Part shown: piece by piece, positions 19,951-29,646 of the stretch
How positions within the stretch are numbered: the first letter of the stretch is position 1
Layout of the letters: each line of letters starts with the position of its first letter
IMG/VR virus record: IMGVR_UViG_3300046170_000519
Location: 62,001-126,000 of that record
Direction: 5' to 3' (one strand)
Length of the DNA: 64,000 nucleotides
The notes under the pieces: model-generated
Databases searched by the model: none
Told to the model about the DNA's origin: nothing
What the model saw: the letters and a program-made list of their open reading frames with translations, nothing else
Program-made: the position numbers and the translations under genes

Positions 19951-20622
19951 ATGAAAAATAAAATTTTAATAACAATACTCACATGCTCAAAAACTGAAGA
20001 TCGCGCAAAAGCATGTTTAGATACTTGGATAAAAGATATTAAAAAACCTCATGACTATTTTTTCTATGGAGATTCAGATCAAGCCAAAAAAATGGAAAAA
20101 ACATGGGATTGCTCTCCAGAAAAAGGGGAATTGAGAGCTAGATTACCCGAAAAAACTTACAAAATGTTATTAAAATCACTTGAGTATAATTGGGATTTTT
20201 TATTTAAATGTGATGATGATACCTATGTGAAAGTAGAAGAGTTAGTTAATTTATTAGATAACTTTGAAAAGCATCAAGATCTTTACATGGGAAAACCCAT
20301 ACGAAGCAGTAAAGGTTACTGCCGTTATGCTCAGGGTGGGGGTGGATATGTATTAAGTCGTAAAGCTGTTAGCAAATGTGTAGAAAAAATGAAATATATA
20401 TACAATGATCACAGACTGCATTTAGATGCTGAAGATTATTCTATAGGCTTAGCCTTAGAAAAACAAAACATCCCGTTAATTGGAAGTAAGAAATTCGCGG
20501 GAGGGTCTCCGAATCAAAAAGAAGAGCAACCATTCAAAGACATTATTGAAAGAGGAATGATAACAAGCCACTATGTCAAGCCTAAAATAATGAACGAAAT
20601 ATACAATTGTTTAATTAAGTAA
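19951..20622 (+). CDS. GT31 (Fringe/galactosyltransferase-like) glycosyltransferase
   Basis: R..A...TW, LPEKT, FKCDDDTYV, YAQGGGGYVLS, AED..IG; start at 19951 is likelier than 19921. Confidence 0.8.
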   Translation: MKNKILITILTCSKTEDRAKACLDTWIKDIKKPHDYFFYGDSDQAKKMEKTWDCSPEKGELRARLPEKTYKMLLKSLEYNWDFLFKCDDDTYVKVEELVNLLDNFEKHQDLYMGKPIRSSKGYCRYAQGGGGYVLSRKAVSKCVEKMKYIYNDHRLHLDAEDYSIGLALEKQNIPLIGSKKFAGGSPNQKEEQPFKDIIERGMITSHYVKPKIMNEIYNCLIK

Positions 20623-20630
20623 AAAATTAG

Positions 20631-20706
<76 letters not shown>

Positions 20707-20712
20707 AATGAA

Positions 20713-20883
20713 TTACAAAAATTTATGTAAAATATTTAGCTCTTTTAATCCGTAATATTTAGCGAAGTAAGAGCAAAATTCAGCTAAATCTTTCTTTGTC
20801 CAAGATTCGTCTTGTATTTTTTTAGCTACAGTATTGTAGCGTCCATCTGCCCATAAATCAGTTAGTTCTAAGTAATTTTTCAT
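20713..20883 (-). CDS. hypothetical protein (56 aa, below ORF-track cutoff)
   Basis: MKNYLELTDLWADGRY...LHKFL*; fills the gap upstream of the tRNA. Confidence 0.55.
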   Translation of the reverse strand: MKNYLELTDLWADGRYNTVAKKIQDESWTKKDLAEFCSYFAKYYGLKELNILHKFL

Positions 20884-20938
20884 AATAGTTTAATATTTAA
20901 TGTTAATTACTACTACAATAACAAAAAATAAGCAAAAG

Positions 20939-21229
20939 TCAACTGTTTATTTTCGAAAGCAAATCTTCAGCTAGAGCTCTATCTCTATTTAACACTTTTA
21001 CTAAATCAGGCATATGGAGATCTAAGTGCTTAAAATCTTCAAAGAATTTATCTGCTTGTTGTATTAGTTCATCTTGAGAATCTAACCAAGAGGATAAAGC
21101 GTTTTTAAGCTCTGAATCTTCAGGGTCTTTACGGAACCTAGAGTGAAGGTCGTTTAGTAAAATTTGACCCGCCGTTAAGCTTTTATATATTGGCAGAAAA
21201 ACTTCATTAGGATCTTCTTCAATTTCCAT
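20939..21229 (-). CDS. hypothetical protein
   Basis: 96-aa ORF in operon. Confidence 0.55.
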   Translation of the reverse strand: MEIEEDPNEVFLPIYKSLTAGQILLNDLHSRFRKDPEDSELKNALSSWLDSQDELIQQADKFFEDFKHLDLHMPDLVKVLNRDRALAEDLLSKINS

Positions 21230-21234
21230 ATCAA

Positions 21235-21501
21235 TTACCCTTCTTCTGGTGTGAAAGCTAAAGCGTCTTTGATCGAATCCTTAGGAATAACGCCACTAGT
21301 TCTGGCATAAGTTGTACCACTGGAATTTTCAAAGATTAAGGTAGGTACAGCCATAACATCATATGCCTTGCTTTGGTTGGAGTCTTCATCAATATCAATA
21401 ATCTCTATATTACTCCCTTCTTTAATAAGCTCATCAATAGTAGGGCGAAAAAAGCGACATGGACCACACCATTTTGCGGTAAAATATTTTAATTTATTCA
21501 A
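21235..21501 (-). CDS. trxA: thioredoxin
   Basis: FTAKWCGPCR, VMAVPTLIF. Confidence 0.9.
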   Translation of the reverse strand: MNKLKYFTAKWCGPCRFFRPTIDELIKEGSNIEIIDIDEDSNQSKAYDVMAVPTLIFENSSGTTYARTSGVIPKDSIKDALAFTPEEG

Positions 21502-21538
21502 TGTAATTAAAGTTTTAGAGTTATTCTTGTTCAGATTC

Positions 21539-21868
21539 TTATGTAGATTCTTTTATTTTTTGTATTTCTGCTTCAACTTTTTCGTTAATTTTCTTCTGAA
21601 CCTCTTGATGTTCTTTAGATAACTCAGTTCTAAGATCTAAAACTCCTTTAGCCTCTTCTATGGATAAATTATGAAGAATCATGTTTGTTGCTATTTGAGT
21701 ATACTTACTCATAGCTCCATTTTTTAAGCATTGCGTACAACCTGGTTTGCTAATTTCAATATTCCAAGCTTCTCTAAGGATTGAGAAATCTTCTTTTTGG
21801 GCGCTATCCATTAAATCTTCTTCAAGAGTTGTGAAGTTTTTTAATATTTTTTGTTGATCTTCATTCAT
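21539..21868 (-). CDS. hypothetical protein with CxxC and coiled coil
   Basis: GCTQC; helical C-terminus. Confidence 0.55.
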   Translation of the reverse strand: MNEDQQKILKNFTTLEEDLMDSAQKEDFSILREAWNIEISKPGCTQCLKNGAMSKYTQIATNMILHNLSIEEAKGVLDLRTELSKEHQEVQKKINEKVEAEIQKIKEST

Positions 21869-21905
21869 AATGATAATTTTTAATTAAAGGTTTATATAAT
21901 ATATA

Positions 21906-22514
21906 TTATTCAGAATTTATAAATTTTCTATTTTTTTTATTATTAATAATTTTTTTACATAAGGATATTAAATCTTTAACTGATAAATCTCCTTTAGCTT
22001 GATTTGCAGATTTTAAACATATTTGTAAGTTTGATAAGTCATTTGTTCCCCCTTGTGAAACTGGAATAATATGATCGAGATTATAACTTTCCGTATTTAA
22101 TAAGTTAATTGGCTCACCAGTTAAATAACAAGTGGGGTTTTCCCCAATTTTATCAAAAACATCTTTATATGTGTAAGGAGTATGAATATTATTGACTGCC
22201 CCATGAGTAAATGGCTTTCGAGAAGCTCTTTTGAACGTTTTTAATTTTAAACGTACTCCAGTTTTTTTTCCAAGTTTTTGACGTTTACCTTCTTCAAGGC
22301 TAGTTCGGCATCGAAAACCTGATATTTTACTAGATAAAGGGTGTTTTAATTTGCGCTGTTTTTTTAGACGTTTTTTTTCAGAGCCGTTACCACAATGATA
22401 AGAAATCACAGATTTTGAGCATTTTAATTTATTTGCAATTTCATTATAACTTTTTCCTTCTGAGCGAAGTTGCAATATTAAATCTTTTAGTTTTCTATTG
22501 TTAAGTCTTCGCAT
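21906..22514 (-). CDS. HNH endonuclease with N-terminal HTH
   Basis: GKSYNEIANKLKCSKSVISYH; CYLTG...LDHIIPVSQGGTNDLSNLQ...ANQAKGD. Confidence 0.88.
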   Translation of the reverse strand: MRRLNNRKLKDLILQLRSEGKSYNEIANKLKCSKSVISYHCGNGSEKKRLKKQRKLKHPLSSKISGFRCRTSLEEGKRQKLGKKTGVRLKLKTFKRASRKPFTHGAVNNIHTPYTYKDVFDKIGENPTCYLTGEPINLLNTESYNLDHIIPVSQGGTNDLSNLQICLKSANQAKGDLSVKDLISLCKKIINNKKNRKFINSE

Positions 22515-23025
22515 GATGTTTTAAGCGTTGTACAACTCTTCGTTTCCAGACAAAATATTGACTGATATTTTTTAAATTCATCAACTTTATTATTTGATCT
22601 TGAGATAAACCTGAGTCAAAATAATTTAAAAACTCTCTCTCTCTCTTTGATAAGACACTTTCTTTCGCCTTCTTTAAGAAAGAGAGTCTCTGTTCTTTAA
22701 TTTCTTTATCTAAAAGGTTTAGGTAAGGATCATGTTTGATGCAAGTAAAATCATCGCAATAATCTACAGAATCTTCTTTTGATCTTTTTATTTTTGTAAG
22801 ATGCTTTAAAATTTGGAATCTCGCTATATTAAACGCCCAACCTTTTAAGCTTCCACCCTCCTTGTAGAGGTGAGATTTTTGAAGTAATATCACAAGACAA
22901 TCCTGGACAATGTCTTCAGCATCATTTATAGAGTATATTCTACCCCTAACATAAGAAAGTAGGGAGGGGTATAGAGATTGAATTCTATAAGGTAAATTTG
23001 AATTTCTATAATTTAAACTAGCCAT
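22501..23025 (-). CDS. ECF-type RNA polymerase sigma factor
   Basis: region 2 DAEDIVQD...LKGWAFNIARF; region 4 LSKRERE...GLSQDQI. Confidence 0.8.
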   Translation of the reverse strand: MASLNYRNSNLPYRIQSLYPSLLSYVRGRIYSINDAEDIVQDCLVILLQKSHLYKEGGSLKGWAFNIARFQILKHLTKIKRSKEDSVDYCDDFTCIKHDPYLNLLDKEIKEQRLSFLKKAKESVLSKREREFLNYFDSGLSQDQIIKLMNLKNISQYFVWKRRVVQRLKHHAKT

Positions 23026-23503
23026 TTCTTAAATCATCAAGATTGTTTAAAATAGGTAATAAATAACCTGTAGATAAAAGATGGCTGGGTAGGGAATCAG
23101 ATAAAACCCATTCAGAGGAATGAGAATCTAGCTTAATTTTTGAACTATCGACAAGAATTCTAGAAGATAAGATTAAGGAGACCGTATGCGTATTACAATC
23201 TAAATCAAAACAGCTTTTGTTAAAACTACCCTCAAAAAACCCCACAAACTGCCACTCAATAGAGTTAACTGTGAGACCAAGTTCTTCGAGGCATTTTCTT
23301 GACGCTGCTTCCATAATTCTCTCATTTTTAAAAACTCTACCTCCTGGAGTCATTAACTCACCTTTTAAGGGTTCATCAGCTCGCCGAACTAATATAAATT
23401 TTTTAGAATTTTTATCCAAAAGTATTAAGTCAACTGTAAGTATTGGAATATTTTCTATTATTTTTTTGTAAAAAGACTCTTCTATTAACTCTGTTTTTAT
23501 CAT
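23018..23503 (-). CDS. GDP-mannose mannosyl hydrolase-like NUDIX protein
   Basis: R...P.KG...PGGRVFKNE....A..R...EELG, THTVSL, D..S. Confidence 0.75.
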   Translation of the reverse strand: MIKTELIEESFYKKIIENIPILTVDLILLDKNSKKFILVRRADEPLKGELMTPGGRVFKNERIMEAASRKCLEELGLTVNSIEWQFVGFFEGSFNKSCFDLDCNTHTVSLILSSRILVDSSKIKLDSHSSEWVLSDSLPSHLLSTGYLLPILNNLDDLRNG

Positions 23504-23766
23504 AACATATTATTTATAAATAATTGTAAAGATTGATCTTCTTTTCTTTTTATTGTTAGATCAAGCTCTTTAAGGTTTTGATTAGATAGTAAATCATCAA
23601 TAGTATCTAGTATATCAACGATATCTAACTCTTTACTTGAACAAGATGAAAGTTCTTCTTGCATAGCTTTTTTTAAAAGATCTTGAAAATAATCTAAATC
23701 AAAATCTTCATCAGGAGGATCTTCTTTATTAATCGAAATCACGGAAAAAAACCCTTTCAGTATCAT
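23500..23766 (-). CDS. small acidic hypothetical protein
   Basis: 88 aa, Asp/Glu-rich. Confidence 0.55.
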   Translation of the reverse strand: MILKGFFSVISINKEDPPDEDFDLDYFQDLLKKAMQEELSSCSSKELDIVDILDTIDDLLSNQNLKELDLTIKRKEDQSLQLFINNML

Positions 23767-23962
23767 GCTCTAACTCAAAATTATCCCAATACTGATGGTC
23801 GTGCAAGCAATATTTTACATCTTTAAAAAGAGTTAAAACATTATTTTCATTAACGATTGCCACAGCTAGGCCGTCAGGAACTCTTCCATCACCATTAATA
23901 TATTCGAAACATTCATCTACACCGTGTTCTGAATAAACTATTTGATTTGAACAGATATCCAT
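23729..23962 (-). CDS. small acidic hypothetical protein
   Basis: probable start MDICSNQ at 23962, coupled to the upstream stop. Confidence 0.5.
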   Translation of the reverse strand: MDICSNQIVYSEHGVDECFEYINGDGRVPDGLAVAIVNENNVLTLFKDVKYCLHDHQYWDNFELEHDTERVFFRDFD

Positions 23963-24216
23963 CAAAGATCTTTCATTATTTCTTTTAATAAAGAAGTTTC
24001 GTCTTCCCATTTTTCAGAATATTTGTTATATTTTTCAATGGAAATATTCTGGCAATGAAGGTTTTTATTCTTCATCATATTTTGATGAAATGAGAAAGCT
24101 TGATTCGCTGTTTCAGCCATATAATAGTGATAACTATCTAAAAAGCAATGATCCGTTCCAGCATTGTAACGAATACGATACTCAAAAAGATTTTTTTCAT
24201 TTTGTTTTTTAGTCAT
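23962..24216 (-). CDS. hypothetical protein
   Basis: probable start MTKKQNEK at 24216. Confidence 0.55.
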   Translation of the reverse strand: MTKKQNEKNLFEYRIRYNAGTDHCFLDSYHYYMAETANQAFSFHQNMMKNKNLHCQNISIEKYNKYSEKWEDETSLLKEIMKDL

Positions 24217-24373
24217 GGGGTGGAGCCCAATAAATTTCATCAAATAAAACTAGATGAACTTCTTCATCTATATCAAGGTCTACCCCTATAGGATTGCCTT
24301 CAGTAACACTTAATCCACTGTCCTCGTAAAAAAACTCTTCTACATCACTAGCATATATTATATTACAATTCAT
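24209..24373 (-). CDS. 54-aa highly acidic protein (not in ORF track)
   Basis: MNCNIIYASDVEEFFYEDSG...EIYWAPPHD*; 14 D/E and no K/R; directly follows a near-consensus promoter. Confidence 0.65.
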   Translation of the reverse strand: MNCNIIYASDVEEFFYEDSGLSVTEGNPIGVDLDIDEEVHLVLFDEIYWAPPHD

Positions 24374-24380
24374 GCAAAGT

Positions 24381-24409
24381 ATTATATACTATAATATAGT
24401 TTTAGTCAA
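24381..24409 (-). promoter_or_regulatory. sigma70 promoter TTGACT-17-TATAAT (probably leaderless)
   Basis: near-consensus; ATG lies 7 nt after the -10 box. Confidence 0.75.
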
Positions 24410-25535
24410 GTAAATTTCTATTATTTTCTCTTAAAATATAATCATCTGCTTGAGGCTTGCAATCTTTTGATGGAATAGCCCTGTTTCTTTTAACTTTATT
24501 TAAGAAAGCATAATGATTCCAGCAAGCAAATTGATCTTCCCCTAAATCTTCATAGTCTTTCTTTGATGGAACTCTAAGATCTGGAGCTGTTGACATAGTG
24601 GGAGTATGAACAGAAAAATTATGGCAAAACTTTGGGCGGACAAAAAACTTTCTACGCTGCCAGGAAACTCGATTAGATGAATTTGTTATTTTTAAAAAAT
24701 CTTCACCTTGTTCTGGCTGAAAATCATGGTTGTAAAACATTTTTGAACAAAGAAAAAAACCCGAAATTGAATCCTTCGTGAATTTTTTAGAAGAATTTTG
24801 AAGAAAATTCTCGCGCTCTAAAGAGGCAAGCATTGAAGGGATATTTTTTATTTTAGGATTTCTAAAGCAAAGATACTCATCTATATCGGTAAGACTGATC
24901 CAGTCAGCTGATCTAAAAGCATGTAATGAGTGTGTTTGAGAGGTAGCTTGTCCACTTATTCCCGCCTTAGTCTTCTTCCAAGCTCTTCTTTTCGCATAGG
25001 GCCATCGAATTAAAGTTACAATATTTTGTGAAATATAATCTTTTAAGAGTTTTGGTAGATTACTGTCAGATTCTACAGAGTGATAAGAACCCCTATCTCC
25101 AACAGCTTCATGATTATCATAAATAATAAAATGATCTATACCTAAATTTAGATGGTGATCAATCCATTGACAAATGTAAGAATCTTCATTTTTCACCATT
25201 GTAGACATTAAAATTTTTCCTTCATAAGAAGGGTATTTGGAGACTGAAGAGGAAAATTCTTCTTCTGCCACTTTTATTCTTATTTTATCTGACGTAAGCT
25301 TGAAAGATATCGAATATAAGGTAGAATGACCATGCTTGCAAACAGTTTTATCCATTTGCTTGAAACAGCGGTCATCCTGACAAAACACACTAATACTTTG
25401 ATCTGGTCTTGAACCGTAACAAATAATATTTAAAACATTAAGGTCATTATGAAAAATATCATATATACCATATTTATCAAAATGTTTAGGATCGCAGCAC
25501 TGTTTCTTTCGGAGTTCGTGGTAAGGATGTGGCAT
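24402..25535 (-). CDS. GT92/GT2-like glycosyltransferase
   Basis: KNE..YI.QWI.HH..LG.DHFIIYDN, W....DIDEY, K.FV.P, VH. Confidence 0.75.
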   Translation of the reverse strand: MPHPYHELRKKQCCDPKHFDKYGIYDIFHNDLNVLNIICYGSRPDQSISVFCQDDRCFKQMDKTVCKHGHSTLYSISFKLTSDKIRIKVAEEEFSSSVSKYPSYEGKILMSTMVKNEDSYICQWIDHHLNLGIDHFIIYDNHEAVGDRGSYHSVESDSNLPKLLKDYISQNIVTLIRWPYAKRRAWKKTKAGISGQATSQTHSLHAFRSADWISLTDIDEYLCFRNPKIKNIPSMLASLERENFLQNSSKKFTKDSISGFFLCSKMFYNHDFQPEQGEDFLKITNSSNRVSWQRRKFFVRPKFCHNFSVHTPTMSTAPDLRVPSKKDYEDLGEDQFACWNHYAFLNKVKRNRAIPSKDCKPQADDYILRENNRNLLD

Positions 25536-25604
25536 AGTATAAGAATTGTTAAATAAGTTTATAGTCCACTGATAAAAGTGTGTTCATAATTTTTTTTTTA
25601 AATA

Positions 25605-26795
25605 TTAAATTTTTGAGATAATTGTTTTTGCGATGCTAAGACATGAAGTTGCGGCAGGAGAAGGGGCATTGTAAACGTTTACAATATAATTAGAAGAGTC
25701 TATGACAAAATCATCAATTAGATTCCCAGACGAATCTAAAGCTTGAGCTCTAATCCCAGAAGGAAAAGGAACGATATCTTTACAATCTATTTCTGGAACT
25801 AGTCTTTTTAGAGCTTTAACAAAAGCTTTTTTATTATAAGATCTATACATCTCTTCTAAACCCATTCTCCAGTGTTTTGAAGCCATTTTTAGAAAACCTG
25901 GAAAAGTAATTGAAGAAAAGGTTTCAGCAAGATTAAAGTCTAATTTTCCATAAGCTTCTTTACCAAAAGCTAGGACTGCATTTGGCCCACACTCAACAGA
26001 TCTGTCTAGCCCTCTTGTGAAATGAACGCCTAAAAAGGGGAACTGCGGATTCGGAGTTGGGTAGATTAAATTTTTACATAAATGTTGCGAGTCTTTTTTT
26101 AATTTAAAATACTCGCCTTTAAATGGAATAATTTTAAATTTTTTTTTGCCCCCTGACAGCCTAGCAATATCGTCAGAATATAATCCTGCGCAATTTATAA
26201 CTTTATTACATATGATGTGATTGCTATCAGAGCTTACTAAAACTTTATTATTTTTAATTTTTTTTATTTTTTTAACTAAGAAATTAAAATAAATTGAACC
26301 ATTTAACTGCCGAAAAAGATCTGAAAATTTTTGACAAACATCTGTATAATTTATAATCCCACACTCTTTTACATGAATAGCTTCCACTCCGTTAGCGTGA
26401 GGCTCTATCTCAAGAAGTCGACTTTTGGAGATTAGCTCACATTCAACACCATTTGAAACACCTCGTTCATATAGAGCTTGCAATCTTGGAGTTTCCTGGT
26501 GATTTGTTGCAACAATAACTTTACCACAAATTTCAAAATTAATATCATTATCTAAACAAAACTTTTCAAGACTTTTCTTGCCAGATCTGCAATTTAAAGC
26601 TTTTTGAGATCCTGGTTTGTAGTAAATCCCCGAATGAATAACTCCAGAATTTCTCCCTGTCTGATGCTTGCAAATATTGCTTTCTTTTTCTAGAAGAATT
26701 ATTTTAGATTTTGGAAATTTTTGAGATAAAAGGTAAGCTGTTGAGAAACCTACGATTCCACCCCCAATAATACAGTAATCAAATTCATCTCTCAT
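25605..26795 (-). CDS. lhgO: L-2-hydroxyglutarate oxidase (FAD-dependent)
   Basis: IGGGIVG, HQTGRNSGVIHSGIYYKPGS, PFLGVHFT, GIRAQAL, NAPSPAATS. Confidence 0.92.
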   Translation of the reverse strand: MRDEFDYCIIGGGIVGFSTAYLLSQKFPKSKIILLEKESNICKHQTGRNSGVIHSGIYYKPGSQKALNCRSGKKSLEKFCLDNDINFEICGKVIVATNHQETPRLQALYERGVSNGVECELISKSRLLEIEPHANGVEAIHVKECGIINYTDVCQKFSDLFRQLNGSIYFNFLVKKIKKIKNNKVLVSSDSNHIICNKVINCAGLYSDDIARLSGGKKKFKIIPFKGEYFKLKKDSQHLCKNLIYPTPNPQFPFLGVHFTRGLDRSVECGPNAVLAFGKEAYGKLDFNLAETFSSITFPGFLKMASKHWRMGLEEMYRSYNKKAFVKALKRLVPEIDCKDIVPFPSGIRAQALDSSGNLIDDFVIDSSNYIVNVYNAPSPAATSCLSIAKTIISKI

Positions 26796-26801
26796 CTGAA
26801 A

Positions 26802-27032
26802 TCAAAGAAAGTCATCACCTTCGTCAAAACCTTCTTCAGGCTCGAATTCTACATTGCCTTCATTAGCTAGCTCAATAATTTTTTCTTGTAAGGCTCCCAT
26901 CATTGTTATTGTATTGATGTCATATTCATCTATGTATTTATATATTAAATTCTCTAAATCCATACGAAAAGAATCTGTTTGCTCATCATAATCTTTTGGG
27001 CCAGAAAAATAAAATTCGTTATCGTCGGTCAT
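26802..27032 (-). CDS. very acidic small protein
   Basis: 76 aa ending EFEPEEGFDEGDDFL. Confidence 0.6.
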   Translation of the reverse strand: MTDDNEFYFSGPKDYDEQTDSFRMDLENLIYKYIDEYDINTITMMGALQEKIIELANEGNVEFEPEEGFDEGDDFL

Positions 27033-27077
27033 GTTTAAGTGTTACACTTATATAATATTTAAAAAGAGATAAAATTC

Positions 27078-27109
27078 AAAAAAAAAAGGGGGGTAAAACC
27101 CCCCCCTTT
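27078..27109 (-). terminator. intrinsic terminator
   Basis: G/C-run hairpin followed by a 10-nt T tract on the minus strand, downstream of the membrane-protein pair. Confidence 0.7.
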
Positions 27110-27132
27110 AATATCAAAGATTAAAGAATAAT

Positions 27133-27393
27133 TTAACCTTTATCGCACTTGTCTTGAGAGCAAGAGCTGTTTTTCGCTAGCAAGGCAACAACAAGAACTA
27201 AAGTAAGGAAAGAAGTAAATCCAGTTTCTGGACCTACGAAGCCTCCTACTAAAGCTTGTAAGTTACCGATAACATCTACAGGAGCAGATGCACCGAATAC
27301 AGCTTGAACAACAACAAGAAGTCCAAGAACGCTGAGTAATGTTGCTGCAATGCCTTTCACAGCGCAGCCAATTGTGTCTAGTGTATTTTTCAT
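27133..27393 (-). CDS. small two-TM membrane protein
   Basis: two hydrophobic helices flanking VFG...PVDVIGNL. Confidence 0.7.
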   Translation of the reverse strand: MKNTLDTIGCAVKGIAATLLSVLGLLVVVQAVFGASAPVDVIGNLQALVGGFVGPETGFTSFLTLVLVVALLAKNSSCSQDKCDKG

Positions 27394-27410
27394 AATTTTT
27401 TTTATAAAGT

Positions 27411-28055
27411 TTAGAATTTAAATGTCAAGGATGTACCAAAGACAAACTCACGATCAATATCGTCAGCATCAATCAAATCAACAGATCCTGACAAAGTAGC
27501 TCCTTCACCTACAGAGCGAGATAAACTAGCTCCAAAACCATAGTAAGAACGGTCAGTAGACTCAGTAATATCAGTGTTGCCAGCAGAAGCAGATAAGCCT
27601 AGGTCAGCAACTGAGAGCTCAACTGAATGAGAGACAGAACCTTCAATAGTATAAAGCTCGTCATCCACATTACGATAAACAGATAGAGTAGGATTTGCAA
27701 CAGTACTAAGAGAAGCTTTAACCAAAATTTCAGACAAAGCTTCACCAGCCACATCTTCGAAATGATTAAAGCCACCATACAAAGAGAACAGTCCATCAGC
27801 GAATGACTGACCTAGTCCAGCAGCAAATCCATAACTATCAACACCAGTGTCAATAGATTGATTAGTGCATGCATGAAGACTAGCATTTAAGCCAGCGATA
27901 GACCGTTCAAGATCAACAGATGCTTGAATAGATTCAAGAGCCTTTTGCTCCCCCCGATAGAAGAAGTCAGATGTATATCCGATCTTAGCGGAGTTTGCTA
28001 AGGCAGCGTTAGAAAGCCCAAAGGCTAATAGTAGTGATACGATTTTATTTTTCAT
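27411..28055 (-). CDS. outer-membrane beta-barrel protein (TorF/TIGR02001-like putative porin)
   Basis: Sec signal peptide (ALA), GYTSDFFYRG, alternating beta-strands, C-terminal SLTFKF BAM signal. Confidence 0.75.
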   Translation of the reverse strand: MKNKIVSLLLAFGLSNAALANSAKIGYTSDFFYRGEQKALESIQASVDLERSIAGLNASLHACTNQSIDTGVDSYGFAAGLGQSFADGLFSLYGGFNHFEDVAGEALSEILVKASLSTVANPTLSVYRNVDDELYTIEGSVSHSVELSVADLGLSASAGNTDITESTDRSYYGFGASLSRSVGEGATLSGSVDLIDADDIDREFVFGTSLTFKF

Positions 28056-28072
28056 ATTATTTATTAATTAAA

Positions 28073-28609
28073 TTATTTTATTCTAATTTCCTTCCAAGCT
28101 ACAAACTTATTTTTTACTAGATCTCGAATATGTCTTTGTTTTGTATTTAGTTGACTATTGCCGCTTTTTACTTCGATAAAAGTTATTTCATCATCACCAA
28201 AAGATATATAGTCTATAGGCTTTCCAAGAAAGTTGCAGTTTTCTGGGTCAAAATCAAACTGATCTAAGAATGGAGCAAGAGTTTCTGCAATTTGACCAAG
28301 TCTGACTTCGCTACTTTTTTTTTGGCTGAGTATTTTTTTTCTATTTTGAACTTCTTCATTTAGTTTAGATTCTAGATTTAAGCAGTTTTCTGTTAAGGTT
28401 TTTTCTTTAGCATCTAGTTCAATGCGATGTTGCTTTAAGAGATTTTGCTCTTCAGTAAAAGATGATTGAAGTTGGGTTAGTTGATTCTTTAGGAAAGAAT
28501 TTTCTCGGTCTAGAGAATCGGCGTTTAAAGTTTTCTTTTTGCATATATAAAAAAGATATACTAAGAAGATTATACACGAAAATAAAGCAATTTCTAATAA
28601 AAAGTTCAA
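28073..28609 (-). CDS. Endonuc_Holl-like Holliday junction resolvase-related protein with N-terminal TM and coiled coil
   Basis: GQIAE.LAPF, FLG.PIDYI.F, FIEVKSG.S.L...Q..IRD. Confidence 0.8.
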   Translation of the reverse strand: MNFLLEIALFSCIIFLVYLFYICKKKTLNADSLDRENSFLKNQLTQLQSSFTEEQNLLKQHRIELDAKEKTLTENCLNLESKLNEEVQNRKKILSQKKSSEVRLGQIAETLAPFLDQFDFDPENCNFLGKPIDYISFGDDEITFIEVKSGNSQLNTKQRHIRDLVKNKFVAWKEIRIK

Positions 28610-29205
28610 AATGCATTGTTTCTCATCACCAATGTTGGTGGAAGAATAGAGTGATTATCTTCTAGTGTAAAGTCTTTTCCAAAGGTTAAACCTAAAAAGG
28701 TACTGTCATCGTTAATGTAAATATTTTTAGATTTAACTGTAAGACCTTGAGTCTTATGCCATTTATTTTTATTATAATAATCATAATCATGTAGAATAAA
28801 AACTTTTGCGCGACTAGAGAGTAATTTAATGGAATTGATTCTAGCAGCCCAAGGGCTTTGATCAACAAATACTAAATCATAAATTACGTCTTCGACATTA
28901 AATTCATGCAAAGTATTAAGATGAGATTCGAATAGATCCCAAGAAGATAAAACTGTAAGAGAGTAATTAGAAGAAAGGCAATATTTATCTTTAGTTGCTT
29001 GAGCCCAACCACTCATGGTTTCAAAAGCTTGCACTCTGCAAGATGAGTTGCTTAAACAATATTCACTCATGAGAGAACTACTACCATCACCAACACCTAG
29101 CTCTAGAATGCGAGAATTCTCAGGCAACTTTTCCAGCTCTTCTTTTAAGTATTTTTGATGTGTGTAGTATCGACTAGTTTTTATTTTTTCATTTGGATGT
29201 GGCAT
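28606..29205 (-). CDS. class I SAM-dependent methyltransferase
   Basis: ILELGVGDGSS, YDLVFVD, ILHD. Confidence 0.72.
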   Translation of the reverse strand: MPHPNEKIKTSRYYTHQKYLKEELEKLPENSRILELGVGDGSSSLMSEYCLSNSSCRVQAFETMSGWAQATKDKYCLSSNYSLTVLSSWDLFESHLNTLHEFNVEDVIYDLVFVDQSPWAARINSIKLLSSRAKVFILHDYDYYNKNKWHKTQGLTVKSKNIYINDDSTFLGLTFGKDFTLEDNHSILPPTLVMRNNAF

Positions 29206-29216
29206 TATTTTTGTTA

Positions 29217-29453
29217 TTATTTTTTTGTTATTGAAATTATTCTATCGTGACGAAAAGATCTAACCTGATTTCTTCCATAACAATAAGCTTTAAAACCAAT
29301 ATTGTTTCTATCATAAGATTTGTTCCCAAACGATTTATAAAGATTAATGTTTCCAATTCTATAAGTTTTTACTTCCCCGCTTTTATTTTTATAAACAATA
29401 TAATACTGTGGAGATAAAAAACCCAAAATTTTGGTTTTCAACTTACTCAACAT
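29217..29453 (-). CDS. stand-alone WYL-like domain protein
   Basis: I.Y....GE...Y, AYC..R..VRSFRHDRI. Confidence 0.6.
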   Translation of the reverse strand: MLSKLKTKILGFLSPQYYIVYKNKSGEVKTYRIGNINLYKSFGNKSYDRNNIGFKAYCYGRNQVRSFRHDRIISITKK

Positions 29454-29646
29454 TTTTTAAGTCAATGTTATTCTTTTCGCAGTATGCTACTGCATAACCA
29501 GCATTAAAATTAAAACGACCAATAAAAATTGCAAGACCAAGAATTACATAAGGCTCAAATCTAAAAAAACCTAAAGAGTAAAAAGATAAGAAACCAATAA
29601 GTAAGAAAGGTAAGAATTTATTAAGAGTGAAGTTTAGTATAATCAT
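29443..29646 (-). CDS. small membrane protein
   Basis: two hydrophobic segments. Confidence 0.55.
   Translation of the reverse strand: MIILNFTLNKFLPFLLIGFLSFYSLGFFRFEPYVILGLAIFIGRFNFNAGYAVAYCEKNNIDLKNVE

Noticed and set aside
21906-22514. HNH gene as part of a mobile intron or IS
   Set aside because: Free-standing between intact genes, with no interrupted host gene, terminal repeats or target duplication visible.
22633-22646. (CT)7 tract in the sigma factor gene as a phase-variation switch
   Set aside because: Short, in frame, and it encodes the RERE stretch normal for sigma region 4; no evidence of length variation.
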